Positions 9,460-19,159 of a stretch of DNA of 64,000 nt are shown here, piece by piece. The DNA comes from a virus (lineage: Duplodnaviria > Heunggongvirae > Uroviricota > Caudoviricetes), in the IMG/VR virus record IMGVR_UViG_2562617057_000010, positions 9,241 to 73,240 of that record; one strand, given 5' to 3'. Each line of letters starts with the position of its first letter. Position 1 is the first letter of the stretch. Under the pieces are notes generated by a model that was given only the letters and a program-made list of their open reading frames with translations, did not search any database and had not been told where the DNA came from. A program made the translations under genes and the position numbers.

Positions 9460-9503
9460 CGTGCCCGCCTGAAGCCGTGGGGCTTTTATGACTAGGTAAT
9501 TTA

Positions 9504-9640
9504 TTCAAGATAACCGGGAAGAGATTAAAAAAGACGGGAATAGATTGGAATCAACAAGTTAGGAACTCAAGGTTTTCAAGATAAAGCGAGTCCAAAAATG
9601 TTAAACGGTTCGATATCAATAAAACATTCAAGATAACTCA
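9504..9640 (+). repeat. Mu-like left end: three transposase-binding-type repeats TTCAAGATAA (9504-9513, 9575-9584, 9627-9636)
   Basis: Same 10-mer three times within 135 bp; reverse complement TTATCTTGAA occurs three times at the other end of the element. Confidence 0.6.
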
Positions 9641-9760
9641 CAGGTTCTTACAATAGCCTTTAAAGACCGTTCAAAAACGATTCAGGTGTTTATTATAGCG
9701 CTGATGGGTGCAAGCGCCAAAACCAATGTAATTTTAGCACAGCTAGGCACTTGCACTGGG

Positions 9761-10381
9761 TTATGCGCTGGCTGCTTTCTGAGGTAGATTTAAGTGATCG
9801 CCCTTAGCTTCGGACAACGCGTAAATCTCTCTAACCTTTTCGTCTGGCAAATTACCAAGGCTTAACGCTATGGCTCTACGAACTCCAACTAGAGCGTGCA
9901 ACTCTTGGATGTGCTCATCCAGAAGAATGAGTAATTGCTCCGCTCCTTTTCTCCCAAGAACATCAGCTACTTGTTGTTTTTCTTGTGGTTTAAGAAATGA
10001 CAAGAACATTAGAATTTGAGCATCAACATTATCCGCATTCTCTTTTTTGGGTTCTTTGGAATCTTTTAGTTCAACATCACCCTCTCCCGTCATGAGCCAT
10101 TCCAAGGTAACATTTTCGCTTTCTGCTATCTTTTTTAACTGATGCGGGCGTGGTATCGGTGCGTAATCCCGCCTGTTGTAATAATTTTTTAAAGTGCCTT
10201 CATTGATCCCCCATGCCCGAGCAGCCGCATTTCTTGAAGGGTATCGTTCTACTAACCTAAAGATTCTTTCGATAATCGGTTCTTTTCCATCGGCAGGAAA
10301 AGAACCTTGGGGTGCTTTTCTCATTCTTGGTTCCTTTCTATCTAATTCATTGATAAATAATGAAATTAAAAAATAAACCAT
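9761..10381 (-). CDS. Mu c-type lysogeny repressor (HTH)
   Basis: Divergent from ner at the left end as in Mu; HTH-like segment RNAAARAWGINEGTLKNYY; true start may be internal Met at 10324. Confidence 0.7.
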   Translation of the reverse strand: MVYFLISLFINELDRKEPRMRKAPQGSFPADGKEPIIERIFRLVERYPSRNAAARAWGINEGTLKNYYNRRDYAPIPRPHQLKKIAESENVTLEWLMTGEGDVELKDSKEPKKENADNVDAQILMFLSFLKPQEKQQVADVLGRKGAEQLLILLDEHIQELHALVGVRRAIALSLGNLPDEKVREIYALSEAKGDHLNLPQKAASA

Positions 10382-10488
10382 AAAAACACCAAAGAACCCT
10401 TTACAAGGAATCTTTGGTATCTTAATCTTTATCCATACGGATATCCGACCGGATATCCGCGCGGGTAATTTTGTAGGGTAAAGGAAAG
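10382..10488. promoter_or_regulatory. early operator/promoter region between repressor and ner
   Basis: Two palindromes CGGATATCCG (10438-10447, 10450-10459) and inverted repeat CCAAAGA-N13-TCTTTGG (10391-10417) in the divergent intergenic region. Confidence 0.5.
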
Positions 10489-10740
10489 ATGAGACAAAGA
10501 GAAGATCGCGACCGCGATTGGCCTTCGCTAAAGATTCAGCTGGCGCTCAAAGATAACGGGTGGTCTTCCTTCCGGGAGCTTTCACTCCATGCTGGTTATG
10601 CTCAGGATTCACTGAAAGCGGTGGTTCGTACACCGAACAAAAAATACGAACGCGTAATTTCTGACGCTATAGGTGTACCGCCAGAAATCATCTGGCCCAG
10701 CCGGTATCGTAACGATGGATTTATCAGGAAGGCGTCGTGA
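10489..10740 (+). CDS. ner: Ner-type DNA-binding regulator
   Basis: 83 aa, first gene of the early operon, Ner-like layout (…IQLALKDNGWSSFRELSLHAGY…PEIIWPSRY). Confidence 0.8.
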   Translation: MRQREDRDRDWPSLKIQLALKDNGWSSFRELSLHAGYAQDSLKAVVRTPNKKYERVISDAIGVPPEIIWPSRYRNDGFIRKAS

Positions 10741-10741
10741 T

Positions 10742-12847
10742 ATGCAGTCGTACGTTACCGTAAATGACCTGCTCGGCGTACCAGGAATGCCAGCCACCAC
10801 AAAAGGCATCCGACAGGCGTTACAGCGTTTTTCTCGTGATCTTGGTGACGTTAGTCGCCGTCGGGAAGGCACAAAAGCCATTGAGTACCACATTGATTGT
10901 CTGCCTGAAATAACACGAAAGGCACTGCGTGAACGCTATGTGGAACAGCTGGTGGCTACAGAGAACAATGTTTCTGAAGTGAAAGCTGTTACCAGAAAAA
11001 CACGCAATCCTGACGCTGTCCAGGCAATCGAAGCATATCGCGGTTCTCCACAACTGATGGAAGAACGCCTGAATGCGCTGACCGAAAACCAGCGCCGGGT
11101 ATCTGAAGCAAGGGCTGCACTGGTGGTGGAGGTGCTGAAGCTGGAAAGCGACGGTAATCTCGGGCGACTGAAAGCCATCAACTTTCTTGTTGAAAAAGCC
11201 CGTAAAGGTGAATTACCGGAGCGCCTGCAACAAGCCGCAGTTAATGCCAATGCAAAGCGTGGTGCCAATCGCACCATCAGTCGTGACCCGCTTTATCAGT
11301 GGGTGCTGAAATACAACCAGTCGCAGAACGCAGCCGAACGACTGCTGTTACTGGCACCAGGAAAGCGCGACGAAATAAAACCGGAAGAAATTAGCTGGCT
11401 ACCTGAATTTCTGGCGCAGTATCGCCAGGCGAATGGCAGACCTATGTCAGAAGCCTACGAGGATTTTGTCGCGGAATGGCAGCGTCGCCATGCTGACGAA
11501 CCATACATGCTGGAGGTGATGCCTTCTTACGATGTGGTGCGTTATGCCATGAAGAAATTGCCGGAAGTGGTGAAACAAAAAGGGCGTGTTACCGGCAGTG
11601 AATACCGTCAGCTTGAAGGATTCACCCGCCGCGACTGGACAGCTATGCCGGTGAATTATGTCTGGATTGGTGACGGTCACGGTATGAAGCTGAAATGTGC
11701 GCATCCGGTTCACGGGCGTCCATTTTCGCCGGAAGTTACGTTTGTCATTGATGGTGGAACCCGGTTTGTGGTTGGCTGGAGTCTTGATCTTGCTGAAAAC
11801 GTGTTTGCTGTTGCCGGTGCGATACAGCACGGTATTCGTAATCACGGGAAACCCTTCCTGTATTACTCGGATAATGGTTCCGGTGAAACGGCAGACATGC
11901 TGGATAAAGAGATCGTCGGGATTCTGCCCCGTCTGGGGATTAACCACCCCACCGGTATTGCCGGAAATCCGCAGGGGCGCGGCATTATTGAGCGCCTGAA
12001 CCGGACGCTGCCGATGCGTATAGCCAGGAGGTATCGCACCTATTTTGGCAGGGGTGCTGACCGGGAATCGTTGCGAGTACTTAATCGTGATCTGCGTTCA
12101 GCGTTTAATGCCCTGCAACAGGACAAGCCGCTGAATGCTCGCCAGAAATCTGCAATGCGCGAGCTGCCGTCCTGGTCAGAACTGATTGAGGCTATTCGCG
12201 AAGGCGTGGAATGGTACAACAACCGCCCGCATTCTGAACTGCCGATGAAACCAAACGGGAAGCATTGCAGCCCGGCTGAGTTCAGGAAAAAACGCCTGGC
12301 GGAAGAAAACACCGAAATTGAGTGGCTGAGCGATCTTGAGCTGCGCGACATGTTCCGTCCGATGGTGGAGCGTCCGGTAAGACGCTGTGAAATCAAATGG
12401 CTTGGGAATATTTATTACGCGCCGGAGCTGCGTGATGAACATGGTCGCAAAGTGCTTATCAGCTATGACATTCATGATGCAGAGCGAATTACAGTGCGCC
12501 GTAAGGATGGCAGTTTTATTTGTGAGGCGATATGGAACGGCAATAAACGCGCAGCCTTTCCTGTCAGTGCGGAATATCACAAACAGCAGCAGCGTATTAA
12601 AGGAATGCGCAAACGCGCTGAGGGAAAAATTCGTGATGCTGAAGATGAAGGTATTCAGGTTATTGAACAAAAAACGACAGAACCCTGGCTGGGGAATGTT
12701 TATCGCCCTGTGGGTAATGTGGTGACAGTTCAGCCTCAGGCTCCTGAGGAGACGCTTGATAATGCATACAACGCTGAGCGTGATGAATATCTGAATCATT
12801 CACTGGATATTCTGGAACAGAAAAGACGTAAAAAGCTGTTTAATTAA
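10742..12847 (+). CDS. Mu A-type DDE transposase
   Basis: About 700 aa; core WIGDGHGMKLK...FLYYSDNGSGE; C-terminus ERDEYLNHSLDILEQKRRKK closely resembles the Mu A C-terminal region; ATG at 10742 just after ner stop (track ORF starts at 10673). Confidence 0.9.
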   Translation: MQSYVTVNDLLGVPGMPATTKGIRQALQRFSRDLGDVSRRREGTKAIEYHIDCLPEITRKALRERYVEQLVATENNVSEVKAVTRKTRNPDAVQAIEAYRGSPQLMEERLNALTENQRRVSEARAALVVEVLKLESDGNLGRLKAINFLVEKARKGELPERLQQAAVNANAKRGANRTISRDPLYQWVLKYNQSQNAAERLLLLAPGKRDEIKPEEISWLPEFLAQYRQANGRPMSEAYEDFVAEWQRRHADEPYMLEVMPSYDVVRYAMKKLPEVVKQKGRVTGSEYRQLEGFTRRDWTAMPVNYVWIGDGHGMKLKCAHPVHGRPFSPEVTFVIDGGTRFVVGWSLDLAENVFAVAGAIQHGIRNHGKPFLYYSDNGSGETADMLDKEIVGILPRLGINHPTGIAGNPQGRGIIERLNRTLPMRIARRYRTYFGRGADRESLRVLNRDLRSAFNALQQDKPLNARQKSAMRELPSWSELIEAIREGVEWYNNRPHSELPMKPNGKHCSPAEFRKKRLAEENTEIEWLSDLELRDMFRPMVERPVRRCEIKWLGNIYYAPELRDEHGRKVLISYDIHDAERITVRRKDGSFICEAIWNGNKRAAFPVSAEYHKQQQRIKGMRKRAEGKIRDAEDEGIQVIEQKTTEPWLGNVYRPVGNVVTVQPQAPEETLDNAYNAERDEYLNHSLDILEQKRRKKLFN

Positions 12848-12881
12848 CGTTTACACAAAATTTAATTATGAGGTTACTCCG

Positions 12882-13835
12882 ATGAATATTTCTGATATTC
12901 GCGAAGAACTACGCACACTTGTAGAAAGTGAAAAAGTCACTTTTAAACAAATTGCTATTGAGAGTGATATTTCTACCGGGACTGTCAGTGCGTTTATTAA
13001 CGATAAATACAGCGGCGATAATGAACGTATCGCACAGGTACTGAAGTGCTGGCTTGACGATTATCTTGCTGCCGCAGACCTGCCGGAATTGCCTGGTTTT
13101 GTTCAAACGCAGACGGTAAAACAAATCTGGACAAGTATACGCTTTGCCAGCCTGACAGAGAGTATTGCTGTTATCTGCGGTAATCCTGGTGTGGGTAAAT
13201 CTGAAGCAGCCAAAGAGTATCGCCGTACCAATAATAACGTCTGGATGATCACCATGGCACCATCCCGTGTCAGTGTTCTGGAATGTCTTACGGAACTGGC
13301 GTTTGAGCTGGGAATGAACGGTATCCCACGCTGCAAGGGGCCGTTATCCCGTGAATTGCGCCGTCGTCTTGGGGGAACGCATGGGGTGGTTATTGTAGAT
13401 GAAGCAGACCATCTTGATATTGCGGCGCTGGAAGAACTTCGTTTGTTACAGGAATCAACCCGTATTGGCCTGGTATTGATGGGTAATCACCATCTTTACA
13501 CGAATATGACGGGGGGGAGCAAAACGGTTGAGTTTGCCCGTCTGTTTTCGCGCATAGCAAAACGCACGGCTATCAAAGCGCCCAAAGTTAACGATGTAAA
13601 AGCGATTGCGGAAGCCTGGGATGTTACCGCCAAAAAAGAGCAGGAATTCTTACTGGAGATTGCACAGAAACCAGGTGCAATTCGCACCATGACTTACACA
13701 TTACGTCTTGCTGCCATGAATGCTTACGGTAAAGGCAAACGTGTTAACGAAGATTACCTGCGTGAGGCTTACGAAGAACTGGATCAGGATGTGGATGTTC
13801 AGGAACAGTTGGGTATAAGGAGAGCGAAATCATGA
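12882..13835 (+). CDS. MuB-type transposition ATPase
   Basis: 317 aa, Walker A GNPGVGKS and Walker [11 protein letters not shown]; follows the transposase. Confidence 0.85.
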   Translation: MNISDIREELRTLVESEKVTFKQIAIESDISTGTVSAFINDKYSGDNERIAQVLKCWLDDYLAAADLPELPGFVQTQTVKQIWTSIRFASLTESIAVICGNPGVGKSEAAKEYRRTNNNVWMITMAPSRVSVLECLTELAFELGMNGIPRCKGPLSRELRRRLGGTHGVVIVDEADHLDIAALEELRLLQESTRIGLVLMGNHHLYTNMTGGSKTVEFARLFSRIAKRTAIKAPKVNDVKAIAEAWDVTAKKEQEFLLEIAQKPGAIRTMTYTLRLAAMNAYGKGKRVNEDYLREAYEELDQDVDVQEQLGIRRAKS

Positions 13836-14059
13836 TGTCACGAAATATAAAAATGGCAACGGATGCGCAGAACTGGTTACAGGCGCGCGGGAGTCATGTA
13901 AATGAATCATATCTCGGCGTGGCACGTCCGATTCTTGAAATCACTTACCCACCGGTGGAACTGGTAAAAAGCGCGGTCAGAATTATGGAGCATAAGTCCG
14001 GGGTGGCCCGTTCTGTATGGACGGCCCGTCTTAATGGTTGCCAGATTATCTGGAGATAA
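13832..14059 (+). CDS. hypothetical early protein (Mu kil position)
   Basis: 75-aa ORF overlapping MuB stop by 4 nt; position matches kil. Confidence 0.35.
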   Translation: MMSRNIKMATDAQNWLQARGSHVNESYLGVARPILEITYPPVELVKSAVRIMEHKSGVARSVWTARLNGCQIIWR

Positions 14060-14292
14060 CGATGTGTACTAAAGCTGAAAAATATATTGAATGGGTTAAA
14101 CGGGTACAGAATAACAATGTGCCTCTGACTGCATTTAATTGCCCCAAATGCAAAGAGCAAATTATGACGCAATGCTCACCAGAAAATGAAGTATGGGACT
14201 CCTTTGCATGTTGTCCGTGGTGCAGCGCGGTTTTCTTTAAGCAGGTAAAAGGCGCGAAGGTAAAAGCCAGCGCAGTTATTCAGAATCAATAA
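14038..14292 (+). CDS. hypothetical early protein, zinc-ribbon-like
   Basis: 84 aa with CPKC...CCPWC cysteine pairs. Confidence 0.4.
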   Translation: MPDYLEITMCTKAEKYIEWVKRVQNNNVPLTAFNCPKCKEQIMTQCSPENEVWDSFACCPWCSAVFFKQVKGAKVKASAVIQNQ

Positions 14293-14303
14293 GGAGAAAC
14301 AAA

Positions 14304-14567
14304 ATGGCAAAGGTAATTATTGAAATTAAAAATACAGTATCTGGAACTAAAGGACGGCATTTGCGCACCAGTATTGCGGTAGGTGGTAGTGTGGAAATGG
14401 AAGGGGATGAGGCTACACTTGCAGGTCTGGTGGCGTTATTGGTGCTTAACAAAAGCCAGAAAATAATTAATGAGTCAGCTCATGAAGCCATTGAGATTTT
14501 GAAAAACGATGGTGTCATCACAGGTGGCAGTGTCACTGAAATGGCTGTTGAAAAAACATGTCACTGA
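14304..14567 (+). CDS. hypothetical early protein
   Basis: 87-aa ORF in co-directional early operon, AGGAG-like site upstream. Confidence 0.4.
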   Translation: MAKVIIEIKNTVSGTKGRHLRTSIAVGGSVEMEGDEATLAGLVALLVLNKSQKIINESAHEAIEILKNDGVITGGSVTEMAVEKTCH

Positions 14568-15001
14568 AAGGAACGCTGACAATGAATGTCAAAATCCGAA
14601 ATGAAATTCAGGCATTAATCCGAATTCAGGAACGCAATAACAACGGTGGTGAATTACGCGAGTTTATTTGCGCCCGGAAAGTTGATGATTGTGGTGAAAA
14701 GACTTACCTGATTGCCTTTGACCATTACAGCATTTGTGCACGTTACTGTGGTGAATCGATATTCTGTGCCATTGTGTATGGTAATGCGTTTGATGTGGAT
14801 TTATGGGAGTACGTTATGGACCGTGAATACATCTGCGCATCAGACCCGAAAGCCCGTGAGATGTGGCAGCGTATCTGGCGCGATTACCGGTTAATGGCAA
14901 AAGGCTGGGCACGCTGCTGTTATTCCTCGCTTGCCCTGAAAGCGGTTCAGTTATCGCTGCGGCATATTCCGGCATCACTGCGCGAGCCTCTGTTGTACTG
15001 A
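14558..15001 (+). CDS. hypothetical early protein
   Basis: 147-aa ORF, tightly packed with neighbours. Confidence 0.45.
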   Translation: MSLKGTLTMNVKIRNEIQALIRIQERNNNGGELREFICARKVDDCGEKTYLIAFDHYSICARYCGESIFCAIVYGNAFDVDLWEYVMDREYICASDPKAREMWQRIWRDYRLMAKGWARCCYSSLALKAVQLSLRHIPASLREPLLY

Positions 15002-15301
15002 GTGGTGACCGGAATGATGTGTAAGCGTAAACGCTGGTCACGCGAAGACCGGGAATTTATCGAAGCCAGTGTCGGGAAAATGACCGTCGAGGAAATGGCG
15101 AAAAAACTGAACGTTGCCCCAACAGCCCTACAGGCACATGCCAGAAGGCACGGAATATCGTTGTGTGCATACCGGGTCAGTGAGCACGACAAATATTTGT
15201 GTCGTGAACTTTATAAAGAAGGGCTGGCTATTCATGTCATTGCCCAAAAGATGGAATTAAGCAATCGTGCTGTATCCGGCATTGTATACAGCGAATATTA
15301 A
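15002..15301 (+). CDS. hypothetical early protein
   Basis: 99-aa ORF in early operon. Confidence 0.45.
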   Translation: MVTGMMCKRKRWSREDREFIEASVGKMTVEEMAKKLNVAPTALQAHARRHGISLCAYRVSEHDKYLCRELYKEGLAIHVIAQKMELSNRAVSGIVYSEY

Positions 15302-15319
15302 TTAACAGGAGCTTTATTT

Positions 15320-15844
15320 ATGGCTAAATCAGCAAAACGAATCAGGAACGCCGCAGCGGCTTATGTTCCGCAATCCCGCGATGCTGTGGTATGTGATATC
15401 CGCCGGATTGGGAACCTGCAACGCGAAGCGGCACGACTTGAAACGGAAATGAATGACGCTATCGCTGAGATTACGGAGAAATTTGCAGCCCGGATTGCAC
15501 CGCTTAAAACCGATATTGAAACCCTTTCAAAAGGCGTTCAGGGATGGTGTGAAGCGAACCGCGACGAACTGACGAACGGCGGCAAAGTGAAGACGGCAAA
15601 TCTTGTCACCGGCGATGTATCATGGCGTCAACGCCCGCCGTCAGTGAGCATTCGCGGCGTGGATGCCGTGATGGAAACGCTGGAGCGTCTTGGCCTGCAA
15701 CGCTTTATTCGCACGAAGCAGGAAATCAACAGGGAAGCGATTTTACTGGAACCGAAAGCGGTCGCAGGCGTTGCCGGAATTACGGTTAAATCGGGAATTG
15801 AAGATTTTTCCATTATTCCGTTTGAACAGGATGCCGGTATTTAA
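15320..15844 (+). CDS. gam: Gam host-nuclease inhibitor (Mu Gam-like)
   Basis: 174 aa, same length and early-region position as Mu Gam. Confidence 0.75.
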   Translation: MAKSAKRIRNAAAAYVPQSRDAVVCDIRRIGNLQREAARLETEMNDAIAEITEKFAARIAPLKTDIETLSKGVQGWCEANRDELTNGGKVKTANLVTGDVSWRQRPPSVSIRGVDAVMETLERLGLQRFIRTKQEINREAILLEPKAVAGVAGITVKSGIEDFSIIPFEQDAGI

Positions 15845-15936
15845 TACCACCATTAATATTTAATTAATTCACATTCTTTTAATTATTGGCGCGATGCGTC
15901 AGGGGACTACTCGCGCCTGAATCAGAACCGGAGAGA

Positions 15937-16491
15937 ATGAAAATGACAGCATGTGCTTATTTTAAACTGAGTGACACAGCCGCTAACGCTTATACGATTC
16001 GCTGGCTGAAAGATGTTTCTGTTAAGCGTGACAAAATCATCTGCTCATTGCAGCGTGCGTTTGGCGCAGACGGTGTTTCCCTTGTCAGTAACAGAGGGTA
16101 TGAACGGGTTGAATGTATCTGGATGAATCAATTAGCGCCGGAATTATGGCGTGGTAAATCAGACGGACTGTTTATTGGTGGATTTCCGTTTTATGGCGTT
16201 GTACCGGATATAACAACACCGGAAGGCCGAAACAATGCGACGCTTATTCAGGAACATGAAGAGCAACTCCGGAAATATCCCACATTCCCGGTCTGGTTGT
16301 GTAATGAACTCGGGGTTGATGTTGTACCCAACATGTTTGATCTCAAATCAGTCTGGACGATGCACCACAGCCGTGACGGATTCGGCATTTTGTTTGAGGT
16401 GTGCCTGCTGGATGGTGAGGTTAAGGGACCGGTTCCTGCCGAATGCCAGCGCATTAAACATTCTGAATTTGTGGCACTGACGGAGGAATAA
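15937..16491 (+). CDS. hypothetical early protein
   Basis: ATG at 15937 preceded by GGAGAG; track ORF begins at 15886. Confidence 0.5.
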   Translation: MKMTACAYFKLSDTAANAYTIRWLKDVSVKRDKIICSLQRAFGADGVSLVSNRGYERVECIWMNQLAPELWRGKSDGLFIGGFPFYGVVPDITTPEGRNNATLIQEHEEQLRKYPTFPVWLCNELGVDVVPNMFDLKSVWTMHHSRDGFGILFEVCLLDGEVKGPVPAECQRIKHSEFVALTEE

Positions 16492-16494
16492 CCG

Positions 16495-17025
16495 GTGATT
16501 GATGCAAAAGTTCTGAACGGTGTCAGCACATTATTACGGGCTCACGGGCGTCTGACCTGTGGGGTTCTGGCAGAGAAAATGCAAATGCCACCCTCTGCAA
16601 TGGTGTATTTCCTGCGTGATGCAGTTGATGCCGGTGCACTGACTGAGCTGAATGGCTTTTACGATGTTCCGCGCCCTCGTCCGACGCTGCCTGTAAGACA
16701 AAACGCAACAGAGCAGCCTTCTGTTGATGATGCGGTGTGGTGCAACTGGCGTCGCTCATTACCCTGGGTGGAAGGTAATACCATCCCCGCGCTGGCAAAA
16801 GAGTTTGCGACGGGCGTGCTGACCTGTGAGTCAGTCCACATTGTTGCTGAGGTGGATAACAGAATGTGCGAACAGGGAATGCCCCGTTTTGTGATGGCTT
16901 ATATCGATATCCGGCTGGGGCGTTTTATTTGCAGTTCAAGCGCCTGGAATATCACCGACCATGTACTGCGTTATCTCATTCTTGATTGTTCTCCGGCTCC
17001 CGCAGCGGTGCAGGAGGTGGCGTGA
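16495..17025 (+). CDS. hypothetical early protein
   Basis: 176 aa, GTG start with GGAGGAA upstream. Confidence 0.5.
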   Translation: MIDAKVLNGVSTLLRAHGRLTCGVLAEKMQMPPSAMVYFLRDAVDAGALTELNGFYDVPRPRPTLPVRQNATEQPSVDDAVWCNWRRSLPWVEGNTIPALAKEFATGVLTCESVHIVAEVDNRMCEQGMPRFVMAYIDIRLGRFICSSSAWNITDHVLRYLILDCSPAPAAVQEVA

Positions 17026-17555
17026 TGTTTTTTAAAACGTCAAATCCCGCAGCACTGCAGGCATGGGACCAGTTTATGGCGGACTGCCTGAAACTACGCG
17101 AAGAAGCCCGCCATCTTGATAAGGTTCTGGGCTGTGGTTGCCGGTCAGTATTCAGCACAGGTATTGGTGGGCGTCATTTTCATGGCGTGAATTTTCCGGG
17201 GAATGAGCGACCTTTCTCGCCGGAGTTGTGGACTGTACAACGCTCCGCATCAGGTAACAGTTGCAGGCCCAGAACTTCGCGGATACCTGTTCATCTCAGG
17301 GAGCAGGCAAGAGAGCTGGCGAAAATATGGCAGGAGAATATTCCGGTCACTTACGCCCGCACAGACGCTCTTTTACCCGCACTGGGACTGGATTTCAGCG
17401 CAACAATATTCGGGCCGCTCCGGTGGTTCCGTGTTGGTGATGTGATTTACGTCATGACGGGGATGACACCCGCACAAGGCCGCATGACTGAAATCCTTTC
17501 GGACGAATTTATCCGGGCGCAAAAACAGGCAGAGGTAAACAATGGAAAACAATGA
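17025..17555 (+). CDS. hypothetical early protein
   Basis: ATG at 17025 preceded by GGAGGTGG; track ORF begins at 16986. Confidence 0.45.
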   Translation: MFFKTSNPAALQAWDQFMADCLKLREEARHLDKVLGCGCRSVFSTGIGGRHFHGVNFPGNERPFSPELWTVQRSASGNSCRPRTSRIPVHLREQARELAKIWQENIPVTYARTDALLPALGLDFSATIFGPLRWFRVGDVIYVMTGMTPAQGRMTEILSDEFIRAQKQAEVNNGKQ

Positions 17556-17724
17556 AACATCGTATTCGTGGCTGGGGAAATTTACCTCGGTGAAACAGGA
17601 ATGCCCGACCTGCGGGAATGAATCCCCTGAATATCTGAAAGAGTGCCCTCATTGTGGCGGGCAGAAATGCAACCACTGCGATATGGGCGATGACACGGCG
17701 TGCATGAATTGTGAAGGTGAGTGA
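17542..17724 (+). CDS. small Cys-rich zinc-ribbon protein
   Basis: 60 aa with CPTCG, CPHCGG, CNHCD, CMNCEG. Confidence 0.45.
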   Translation: MENNETSYSWLGKFTSVKQECPTCGNESPEYLKECPHCGGQKCNHCDMGDDTACMNCEGE

Positions 17725-17725
17725 T

Positions 17726-18034
17726 ATGAATAATGGTGTATTTTCAAAATCAGAAGAGCTTGCCGCCCTGCTGATTGCCGGTGGTTTGCCGAAAAAAGAA
17801 GTGCATGACTTTGTGAATTTTGTATATGAGACGTCTCATGAAAAAGCTATTGATGAGGTCATGGCGTACCGGTTTGGCATTATTGCTGAGTCACTGAGTC
17901 CTCACTGGATTATTGAAAATCTCCGCGCTATTGCTGATGGCAACGATAAATCAGCAGCCGTTGCTGCACTGGATGTGTTACGGCAAATGAGTCTGAAATT
18001 TTATCCTGAATTTATTCTGAGGGCCGCAAAATGA
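17726..18034 (+). CDS. hypothetical early protein
   Basis: ATG at 17726 overlaps upstream stop (TGATATG); track ORF begins at 17711. Confidence 0.45.
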   Translation: MNNGVFSKSEELAALLIAGGLPKKEVHDFVNFVYETSHEKAIDEVMAYRFGIIAESLSPHWIIENLRAIADGNDKSAAVAALDVLRQMSLKFYPEFILRAAK

Positions 18035-18333
18035 ACAATGAAGATAAATTTACTCCCCTTAATATTGATAACGTCATGGCTGAAAAAGGGATGCTGGAAC
18101 GTGTTCGCGCTATCGTTGAATATGGTATTAAGCATAATCTCACCGCCAGAGAAGTCCGTGACATTATCAACCGCGAAATGAATCGTCTGGAAACAGTAGT
18201 GGCACTGCAAAATGAAACAGCCCGCGAGGAGTACATCCGCCGCAGGCTGGGGTTATCAGACCAGGATATTGTTACTGACGCTCATGTGTTTGGGGCTTTT
18301 GAGATCCGTCAGCATCTGGGTCTAACGAACTGA
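18031..18333 (+). CDS. hypothetical early protein
   Basis: 100-aa ORF overlapping upstream gene by 4 nt. Confidence 0.45.
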   Translation: MNNEDKFTPLNIDNVMAEKGMLERVRAIVEYGIKHNLTAREVRDIINREMNRLETVVALQNETAREEYIRRRLGLSDQDIVTDAHVFGAFEIRQHLGLTN

Positions 18334-18538
18334 TAATGTCTTCCATGATCTTTGACAGTTGCATGTTTTCGCGGCGGCTTGTTCTTATTGCAGGCGCATC
18401 TTTTAAAATCTCTGCTGAAGAGCTGAAAATGGCCTGGCCCTCTTCTGCGGTGATGATCGCCTTCTTCACCAGAAGGCGCACCAGTGCTGATGCAATCGCA
18501 TAACCTGCAACATCATAAGGTTGTACATTATTTTCCAT
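18272..18538 (-). CDS. hypothetical protein on the opposite strand of the Mu-like early operon
   Basis: 88-aa ORF with AGAGAGGA 5-6 nt upstream of ATG, in a 275-bp stretch lacking plus-strand ORFs. Confidence 0.4.
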   Translation of the reverse strand: MENNVQPYDVAGYAIASALVRLLVKKAIITAEEGQAIFSSSAEILKDAPAIRTSRRENMQLSKIMEDIISSLDPDADGSQKPQTHERQ

Positions 18539-18607
18539 AAAATCCTCTCTGATTGATGTGTAAATTCAGGCGGTGTTGCAGCACCGCCTCTTTCCGGAGG
18601 TACGATC

Positions 18608-19159
18608 ATGAATCGCACATCCCTGATTAAATTAATCCATGTCGCCCGTCGGGAGCTACAACTCGACGACGACACTTACCGCGCTTTTCTGATGCAGAAA
18701 ACGGGCAAAATCAGTTGCCGCGAGCTGACGGTTACGCAACTGGAACAGGTGCTCAATGCCATGAAAGAACGCGGCTTTAAGAAGCTGAATAAATACCCCC
18801 GTCGCCGCTTTAAGGAACATGTCACACCCCGTGAGAAGGTGTATAAAATCTGGCAGCAGATGGCAGAAGACGGTTTTATTACCGATGGCGGTGATGTGGC
18901 GCTGGACAGATATGTTCAACGCCTGACCGCGAAACGCAACGGCGGACAGGGTGTTTCCACACTGGCGTGGTGTCATGGCGACACGCTGCTGACAGTCCTC
19001 GAAACACTCAAGCAGTGGCACATCCGCTGTATTCGTGAAGCCTTTTCCCGTCACGGGCTTCCGTTGCCGGTCAGTCCGTCCGGTCGTGAACTGCGCGGCT
19101 ATGATGCCATGACGGCGGCTTATGCCCATGCCAGAAAGACACGGAGGATGGCACAATGA
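18608..19159 (+). CDS. GemA-like protein (Mu gp16 position)
   Basis: 183-aa ORF immediately upstream of and overlapping mor, as gemA is in Mu. Confidence 0.5.
   Translation: MNRTSLIKLIHVARRELQLDDDTYRAFLMQKTGKISCRELTVTQLEQVLNAMKERGFKKLNKYPRRRFKEHVTPREKVYKIWQQMAEDGFITDGGDVALDRYVQRLTAKRNGGQGVSTLAWCHGDTLLTVLETLKQWHIRCIREAFSRHGLPLPVSPSGRELRGYDAMTAAYAHARKTRRMAQ

Noticed and set aside
9465-9469. Alternative 5-bp target duplication CCGCC (9465-9469 and 45866-45870) for the Mu-like insertion
   Set aside because: It would place the right end inside gene M, and the reconstructed empty site would fuse M in frame to L with no stop; GCTTT (9482-9486 / 45849-45853) fits better but is also unproven.
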